Of a stretch of DNA of 64,000 nucleotides, positions 58,132 through 64,000 are shown piece by piece. How positions within the stretch are numbered: position 1 is the first letter of the stretch; each line of letters starts with the position of its first letter. Under the pieces are notes generated by a model. That model did no database searches. It was not told where the DNA came from and saw only the letters and a list, made by a program, of their open reading frames with translations. Origin of the DNA: Patescibacteria group bacterium (lineage in GTDB: Bacteria > Patescibacteriota > Patescibacteriia > UBA2591 > JAQUPP01); assembly GCA_041649955.1 (NCBI GenBank), contig JBAZMD010000001.1, positions 4,079 to 68,078 of the forward strand, read 5' to 3'. The translations under genes and the position numbers were made by a program.

Positions 58132-59643
58132 CTCTTTTTCAAATAATTCCTGGACCAACTTGGGATTTGCCTGCCCGTTGGTCTTTTTCATTACTTGCCC
58201 GATTAAATATTGTACAACCTGATGTTTCCCTTGTTTATATTTATCAACCGTGTCTTGATTATTTTTAATAACTTCCCGCACAATATCAATCAAATTATCT
58301 TCACTGTCAATTTGTTTAACGCTTGGATGATCCATGATTTGGCTTAAGCTTTCATTTTTAACAAAAATTCTTTCCAATATCGTCTGCGCCAAAGTGCTTG
58401 AAATCTTTTTTTCATAAATCAAAACAATAAATTCAACGAATTTTTCCAATGAAATATCTTTTTCGTTTTTCCCGTCCTTTTTAAGTAAGGGTAATAAACG
58501 ATTAATCAGCCAATTGGCGGTTACTTTTGAAATTTGATGTTTAGATGTTTCCCAAATTTCCTCTTCTGTGCCGTCAATTATATCCGTGGAAACAATCCAT
58601 TCTCTTAATTTAATCAATGCTTCTTCGATAAAATCAACCAATCCTTTATTCTCAATTAAAATATTCGCATCAACAGAAGAAAAATTATACATTTGAATAA
58701 GACGTTTTTTGCGAGTTCCGGGCAATTCAATAATATTTTTTTCCAATAGTTCCAAATCTATATCCTCTTTTTTAAGTTCGTTAAAATCAATTGATGGAAG
58801 GTCCGGTTCGGGAAAATAACGATAATCCTGAATATCTTCTTTACTTCTTTGAGAATAAGTATTTTTTTTCTTTTCATCCCAACCTCTGGTAGATGATATT
58901 TTTGGCTGTTTTTTTTCTTGCCAAAGTTTTGTTTGTCTTACTATTTCATATTCCAGGGCATCTTCCACCGCTTTAAACGAATTTAAATTTTTAATTTCCG
59001 TTTTTGGAAAATATTTTTTCTCTCCTTTCGGCCTTAAAGAAATATTGGCATCGCAGCGAAATTGCCCTTTTTCCATATCTGCTTCGGAAATATTCAAATA
59101 TCTGGCGATTGTGCGGAGTTCTTGCAAAAATATTTTTGCTTCAAACGGCGATTTTAAACACGGTTCTGTCACTATTTCCATCAGCGGTACGCCGGCTCGA
59201 TTAAAATCAAGCGAACTCCATTGATCATCGGAAGAATGTATTAATTTAGCCGTATCTTCTTCGAGATGAATTCTTTCTAAAGATATTTTTCTAACGCCGT
59301 CTGCGCTGTCAATTTCCACGCATCCGCCTTTAATAAAAGGCAAACTGTATTGGCTGATTTGATAACCCTTTGGCAAATCGGGATAAAAATAATTTTTTCT
59401 GTCAAACCAAGAAATTAAATTTATTTTTCCTTTTAACGCCAATCCTAAAATCAAAATATTTTTCAAAGCTTCTTTATTGAATATAGGCAATACACCGGGC
59501 TGGCCCAGACAAATCGGGCAAATCTGAACATTCGGTTCGGTTAATTTAGTATTATTAGAACAAGAGCAAAAAAGCTTGCTTTGAGTTTTAATTTCCAAAT
59601 GAATTTCCAAACCAATTATTGTTTCTAATTCTAATTTTTTCAT
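58123..59643 (-). CDS. gatB: Asp/Glu-tRNA(Asn/Gln) amidotransferase subunit B
   Basis: ETIIGLEIHLEIKTQSKLFCSC N-terminus and the GatB architecture. Confidence 0.9.
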   Translation of the reverse strand: MKKLELETIIGLEIHLEIKTQSKLFCSCSNNTKLTEPNVQICPICLGQPGVLPIFNKEALKNILILGLALKGKINLISWFDRKNYFYPDLPKGYQISQYSLPFIKGGCVEIDSADGVRKISLERIHLEEDTAKLIHSSDDQWSSLDFNRAGVPLMEIVTEPCLKSPFEAKIFLQELRTIARYLNISEADMEKGQFRCDANISLRPKGEKKYFPKTEIKNLNSFKAVEDALEYEIVRQTKLWQEKKQPKISSTRGWDEKKKNTYSQRSKEDIQDYRYFPEPDLPSIDFNELKKEDIDLELLEKNIIELPGTRKKRLIQMYNFSSVDANILIENKGLVDFIEEALIKLREWIVSTDIIDGTEEEIWETSKHQISKVTANWLINRLLPLLKKDGKNEKDISLEKFVEFIVLIYEKKISSTLAQTILERIFVKNESLSQIMDHPSVKQIDSEDNLIDIVREVIKNNQDTVDKYKQGKHQVVQYLIGQVMKKTNGQANPKLVQELFEKELS

Positions 59644-59657
59644 TTTTTATTAAATTA

Positions 59658-61034
59658 TTAAGCGGCGTCTCGAGCGCTTAAAACTATAGGAATTGTTTTT
59701 AATAAAATCTGCAAATCTAAACTTAGAGACCAATTTTCAATATAATAAATATCCAATTCTGCTTCTTCTTCAAATGACAAAGCGGAACGGCCGGAAATTT
59801 GAGCAAAGCCGGTAATGCCCGGTTTTAAAATCAATAATTGCTTATGGTGTTTTTGATAATTTTCCACTTCTTCCGGTTCATGCGGCCGAGGTCCCACCAA
59901 GCTCATTTCTCCTCTTAAAACATTGAAAAGCTGGGGTAATTCGTCAATAGAATAACGGCGAATGAATTTACCAATCTTGGTAATGCGCGGATCATTTTTC
60001 ATTTTGAAAAGCGGTCCGGTGCGTTCATTATATTTCATTAAATCTTTTTTTAAAAACTCCGCGTTATCAACCATTGAACGAAACTTATAAAGTTTGAATT
60101 CTTTTCCGCGTCCTCCCACTCTTTTTAATTTTACAAAAACAGGTCCTTTTGAACTTAATTTAATCAATATCGCGATAATCAAAAAAAACGGCGAAAGGAT
60201 AATCAAACTGAAACTTGATAAAATTATATCAATAAATCTTTTTATTACTCTGCCCCATCCTTCAAGCGCGGTTCTTTTAATGGAAATAATCGGCAGTCCG
60301 CAAAATGTTTCAGTTCTTATATTACTGAACAATGTCCCAAAAACATTGGGTATATATTTAAGCGTAATTTGATGTTCATTGCAAAAATCAATTAATTTTA
60401 ATGCTTGATCTTGTTCAAGATTAGGATCTGCCTGAATAATTTGAGTAATATTACTGGCTTGATTTTTCCATTTTATCAAAAGCTCATCAATTGTTAACGG
60501 GTTATCTAGAATTTTATAACCCAAGCCTGAATTATTTTTAATATTTTGCGTTATTTCTTCGGCAATTTTTCCTTTTCCAAAAACTAAAATCGGCTCCAAT
60601 CCTTTACCGCGCCGATAAGAAAACAATTGTACGAGATGAACTGAAATTCTGCCCAAACTGACGAAAATGATCGCCATAATCCAACAGGCCAAAATAATGA
60701 AGCGGGAAGAAAAATAAATGCCATTAAAAAATATAAAAAGAACGATCAACATTATCCCAACCGTGGAAGCCAAAAAAATCTTGCCAAATTCTTGAGAAAA
60801 GTGCCGTCTTTCGCCCAAGGCATACAATCCGGTTAAAGCAAAAACTCCCAGCCAAATTAGGGCGACAAAAATAATGGTAATAAAAAATCTGCCAAACGGT
60901 ATTTCGTAGATTACCGGCCTTAATTCAGTTAAGGCGGCAAATCTTAAATAATAAACAAAAATACCCGATAAAATCAACATTAGATAATCAACCGGCAGCA
61001 AAATTGTAGAAAATATGAGGTCTGATTTTTTCAT
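59658..61034 (-). CDS. Polyprenyl-phosphate sugar phosphotransferase (bacterial sugar transferase, WbaP/CpsE-like)
   Basis: N-terminal TM block and a C-terminal catalytic domain with MSLVGPRP. Confidence 0.8.
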   Translation of the reverse strand: MKKSDLIFSTILLPVDYLMLILSGIFVYYLRFAALTELRPVIYEIPFGRFFITIIFVALIWLGVFALTGLYALGERRHFSQEFGKIFLASTVGIMLIVLFIFFNGIYFSSRFIILACWIMAIIFVSLGRISVHLVQLFSYRRGKGLEPILVFGKGKIAEEITQNIKNNSGLGYKILDNPLTIDELLIKWKNQASNITQIIQADPNLEQDQALKLIDFCNEHQITLKYIPNVFGTLFSNIRTETFCGLPIISIKRTALEGWGRVIKRFIDIILSSFSLIILSPFFLIIAILIKLSSKGPVFVKLKRVGGRGKEFKLYKFRSMVDNAEFLKKDLMKYNERTGPLFKMKNDPRITKIGKFIRRYSIDELPQLFNVLRGEMSLVGPRPHEPEEVENYQKHHKQLLILKPGITGFAQISGRSALSFEEEAELDIYYIENWSLSLDLQILLKTIPIVLSARDAA

Positions 61035-61057
61035 AAGAATACAGTATTAGTATATCA

Positions 61058-61094
61058 AAAAAATAAAAAATGGGCAAGAATACCCATTTTTTTA
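61058..61094 (-). terminator. Rho-independent terminator following rnpB
   Basis: atggg-caagaata-cccat hairpin flanked by A- and T-runs. On the minus strand the U-run follows the stem. Confidence 0.5.
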
Positions 61095-61580
61095 TTGTAG
61101 ACCTATAAGCCGAATTCTGTATTCATCTACTTTGTAGATGATACGAATTTATACGAATCTGGCTATCCCTCAATAGCGGATAGCTCACTAATCTTTACGA
61201 ATATTATTCGTATGATTCGTGAGATTTGACACTGTCAAACCAAAATTCGTAATTATTCGTAATCTGCGAAGCAGATAAACGATAATTATTTATCTGGACC
61301 CTGATTTGCATCAAGGTTCTGGCGACCTACCTTGCCTTGTGCAAAGCACAAAGCCTTTGGTCTTTCACCCAGGTAAGGATTTAGCCGTTTCACTCCCAAA
61401 ATTACTTTTGGGATTCTTCCGAATAAATCCGGAAGCCTCAACCCTTTCGGATTGCGGCGTCACTGCTCGCACCTCTCATATTACTATGGACGGGCGTTAC
61501 CCGCTACCCTGCTCCCTGACTAAAGCCAGGGAAGTGTTCGGACTTTCCTCCCCACCGAAGCGAGGCAATTATCCGGTCTA
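61095..61580 (-). ncRNA. rnpB: RNase P RNA (bacterial type) with an expanded 3' domain
   Basis: GC-rich island in AT-rich DNA. The minus strand reads GGAGGAAAGUCCGAAC (P4 5' strand consensus), CAGGGUAGCGGGUAACGCC (P7-P9-like), and near the 3' end ACAGAAUUCGGCUUAUAGGUCUA (the universal ACAGAAnCCGGCUUA region). The 5' UAGACC pairs with the 3' GGUCUA to form P1. A canonical promoter lies immediately upstream and a terminator immediately downstream. Confidence 0.75.
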
Positions 61581-61587
61581 CTATTAG

Positions 61588-61616
61588 ATAATAGCAGAAA
61601 ATTTCGTTTTTGTCAA
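61588..61616 (-). promoter_or_regulatory. rnpB promoter TTGACA-17-TATTAT (minus strand)
   Basis: Reverse complement reads TTGACAaaaacgaaattttctgcTATTAT, about 7 nt before the inferred RNA 5' end. Confidence 0.55.
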
Positions 61617-61618
61617 TA

Positions 61619-62023
61619 TCAAAGAGTATTTTTGTCAATAATTCCATTAACCAATTTATCAGCTTCCTCATTTTTTTCGCGCGGAATGTGATAAAAATTC
61701 ACTTTTTCAAAAGATTGCGAGAGATTCCAAACCTTAACAAACAAAACGCTTAATTCTTTATTTTTTATTTTCCATTTTTGATTCATTTGTTCAACCACCA
61801 ACAAGCTGTCCAAATAACAATCCACTTCACTGGCTTTTATTTTTTTAGCTAATTCCAAACCTAAAACCAAGGCTTGATATTCAGCCTGATTATTAGTTGC
61901 TTTGCCTAAAAATTGGGCGAATTTTTTTATAACTTTTTTATCAGTATCATAAATTAATCCTGCCGCGCCGGCCGGACCGGGATTACCTCTCGCGCCTCCA
62001 TCTGTATATAATATAAGTTTCAT
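61619..62023 (-). CDS. rnhA: Ribonuclease HI
   Basis: LYTDGGARGNPGPAG N-terminus with catalytic DxxE/D residues. Confidence 0.85.
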   Translation of the reverse strand: MKLILYTDGGARGNPGPAGAAGLIYDTDKKVIKKFAQFLGKATNNQAEYQALVLGLELAKKIKASEVDCYLDSLLVVEQMNQKWKIKNKELSVLFVKVWNLSQSFEKVNFYHIPREKNEEADKLVNGIIDKNTL

Positions 62024-62034
62024 ATAATATAAAT

Positions 62035-63759
62035 TTAATTATTTTTTCTTATATCAACAATTTTCATTTGCAATTCTTGCTGGCCATTCCACTGATTGAC
62101 GCTCAATTGAAATACCGCGTCTATTTTATCACCGATTTTCAATTCAGTAATTTTTTGATTGCCGTTAAAATAAATCATTTTTCTCTTCTCAATAATTAAT
62201 CTGGAATGCTGGCTGGTCTTGCCGACTGATTCAATATTGTCTAGTTTAACATTAGAAACCAAGAAATTGGGGCAATTATTATTCTGACCGAACGGTTCAA
62301 GTTTTTTTAATTCGTCATACAAACTCCAATCAACTTCGGACAAGCTAACTTCCGCGTCAATTAAAAGTTTTGGACACATATCTTCGTCTTTTAATTCATT
62401 ATTCGCCAATTGAATCAATTCTTTGATAAAAATTTCCAAATTATTTTTATCTTTCAATGTAAAACCGCAGGCTTTTGCGTGGCCGCCGTAATGAGAAAAA
62501 TAATGATGAAATTTTTCCAAAACCTTAGCCAAATCAAAACCTTGAATAGATCTGCCCCGGCCATGTATGGATGTTTCTTCTTTGCGAATTGAGAGGGCTA
62601 TTACCGGCCTAAAATATTTATCCATTAAGCCTCCGGCGATTATTCCCAAAAGACCGGCCGGCCAATCTTCGCCGCAAGCAATAATTATTTTATCTTTAAT
62701 TTCCTCGCCGATTGATTTTCTGATATCTTTCACAATTTTATCCACTGTATTTTGCCGTTTTGTATTTAAAGAATTTAAATGTATAGCCAAATCATTGATT
62801 TTTTCTTGATCTGTTTCCAAAAGTAACTGCAAAGCATCTTTGGCATGGCTGACTCTTCCGGCCGCGTTAATTCTGGGACCGATTTGAAAATTAATACTCC
62901 ATGTGTCCAACGCACCCAAGGTCAAACCTGCCTGAGTGATTAAAGCTTTCAAACCTATATTGGAAGTTTTATTTAAAACAACCAATCCATATTTAACCAA
63001 GGTTCTATTCTCGCCCAAAAGCGGCATAACATCTGTAATAGTGCCGATAGCCACCAAATCAAGTATCCATTTTTCAAAAGATTCTTTATTTGGAATCAAG
63101 CATCTTTCATCTTTCAATAAAGCTTGAATCAATTTAAAGGCAACTCCCACGCCGGCCAAAAAACGAAACGGATATTTTTCGCGCGGCAATTGAGGATTAA
63201 TAATGGCATAAGCTTGAGGCAATTCTTGAGTGGTGGGATGATGATCAGTAATAATAATATCCATCTTTGCCTGATTTATTTGCTCCACCTCTTCTTTATT
63301 CGTAATACCGCAATCGCAAGTAACAATCAAATTAATTCCCTCTTCAATGAATTTTTCAATCGCTTTTTTATGCAAACTGTATCCTTCTTTTTCGCGATCC
63401 GGTATGTACACTTTTAAAAATTCCGCTCCCAATTTCGTAAAAGCATTAAATAAAACCGCCGAAGACGTGACTCCGTCAGCATCAAAATCTCCGTAAATTA
63501 AAATTTTTTCTTTTTTTTCAATGGCCTGATAAATTCTGTCCACCGCTTTGGCCATATCTTGAAAAATAAAAGGGTCGTGCAAATCTTGGGAATAATCTGG
63601 CAAAAGAAATTCATCAATCACTTCTTGGGTTTTAAGTCCGCGGCTGTAAAACAATTGCAAAATCACCGGATGGATTTCCGGAAATTTATCTTTAAAATCA
63701 TCTGGCATTTTTTGGGATAGCTCCCATTTTTTATTGTTCACCCCACTAGAAATTACCAT
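62035..63759 (-). CDS. recJ: Single-stranded-DNA-specific exonuclease RecJ
   Basis: DHH-family motifs (DxD...ITDHH) plus DHHA1 and OB-fold C-terminal regions. About 574 aa. Confidence 0.85.
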   Translation of the reverse strand: MVISSGVNNKKWELSQKMPDDFKDKFPEIHPVILQLFYSRGLKTQEVIDEFLLPDYSQDLHDPFIFQDMAKAVDRIYQAIEKKEKILIYGDFDADGVTSSAVLFNAFTKLGAEFLKVYIPDREKEGYSLHKKAIEKFIEEGINLIVTCDCGITNKEEVEQINQAKMDIIITDHHPTTQELPQAYAIINPQLPREKYPFRFLAGVGVAFKLIQALLKDERCLIPNKESFEKWILDLVAIGTITDVMPLLGENRTLVKYGLVVLNKTSNIGLKALITQAGLTLGALDTWSINFQIGPRINAAGRVSHAKDALQLLLETDQEKINDLAIHLNSLNTKRQNTVDKIVKDIRKSIGEEIKDKIIIACGEDWPAGLLGIIAGGLMDKYFRPVIALSIRKEETSIHGRGRSIQGFDLAKVLEKFHHYFSHYGGHAKACGFTLKDKNNLEIFIKELIQLANNELKDEDMCPKLLIDAEVSLSEVDWSLYDELKKLEPFGQNNNCPNFLVSNVKLDNIESVGKTSQHSRLIIEKRKMIYFNGNQKITELKIGDKIDAVFQLSVNQWNGQQELQMKIVDIRKNN

Positions 63760-63818
63760 AAATTTATTTCATAAATAACCCGCTAAATAACTTGCTAATA
63801 CAAAAATTTCTAACGGGG

Positions 63819-64000
63819 TTAATTTTTCTTTTCTTCCTCGCTAATCGCCTCTTTAAGCTTGCTTATAACATTACCCAGTTTCACGGTAATAATAACGATA
63901 ATCAAGGTAATAATAACGGCATAAATAAATTTTCCCAAGAGCATATTCGGTTTGGGAAAAATTGTGGCGAAAAAATCTTGAATTACCTCATTCCAGGCCA
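63819..64000 (-). CDS. Small membrane protein, open to the window edge (possibly 41 aa from the internal Met)
   Basis: Minus-strand frame is open from the window end to a stop at 63819-63821. Encodes a hydrophobic helix followed by a charged tail (...MLLGKFIYAVIITLIIVIITVKLGNVISKLKEAISEEEKKN). Very tentative. Confidence 0.2.
   Translation of the reverse strand, partial: AWNEVIQDFFATIFPKPNMLLGKFIYAVIITLIIVIITVKLGNVISKLKEAISEEEKKN

Noticed and set aside
61306-61587. 93-aa ORF on the plus strand (MHQGSGDLPCLVQS...)
   Set aside because: It lies entirely antisense to the RNase P RNA gene. Its GC-rich codon usage is an artefact of the structured RNA, and there is no ribosome-binding site or promoter. 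It is not a gene.
1-64000. Prophage, integron or transposon content (integrase, transposase or recombinase genes)
   Set aside because: No ORF in the window has recognisable integrase, transposase or recombinase motifs. The repeat families are all short (≤ about 170 bp) and non-coding, so if mobile they are non-autonomous.

Overview
This is an AT-rich (roughly one-third GC) bacterial chromosomal segment packed with short housekeeping genes, with almost no intergenic space outside a few repeat-rich gaps. Gene content suggests a reduced-genome lineage of the Candidate Phyla Radiation / Patescibacteria kind (inference only): a small CxxC zinc-ribbon protein (DUF5679-like), a short TsaB, and promoters of the form GGGGG-TTGACA-17-TATAAT. 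Recognisable core genes include metK (5'-truncated), ychF, a P-type Ca-ATPase, dcd, gltX, tkt, fmt, rpe, argS, gap, tsf, rpsB, rpmE, prfA, prmC, rplY, rodA/ftsW, dnaE, thrS, miaB, miaA, gatB, rnhA and recJ. An RNase P RNA gene (rnpB) sits on the minus strand at about 61.1-61.6 kb; the ORF track cannot show it. Envelope-related genes include two GT2 glycosyltransferases (one with the processive QxxRW motif), a polyprenyl-phosphate sugar transferase, an M23 peptidase, an FtsQ-like protein, and a possible glycolipid cluster (GT28-like, EamA transporter, GH5-like). I found no CRISPR array, transposase, integrase or rRNA gene, and could not recognise a tRNA. The most unusual content is non-coding. 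Four or five families of short, structured intergenic repeats occur at two or three loci each. Some are bounded by 18-20 bp inverted repeats and sit flush against promoter -35 boxes. One family sits immediately after stop codons inside operons. A GC-rich 17-mer palindrome is shared between an intergenic site and the prmC coding sequence. Protein-level points of note: a presenilin/SPP-type intramembrane aspartyl protease homologue (YD, GxGD and PAL motifs), a translin-family protein, a PIF1-like helicase, and a heptanucleotide microsatellite inside miaA. I did not find a compact multi-gene cluster I would call a new defence or secretion system; the novelty candidates here are the repeat/regulatory architecture and a few orphan proteins. 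All coordinates for hairpins and repeats were hand-counted and may be off by a few bases.
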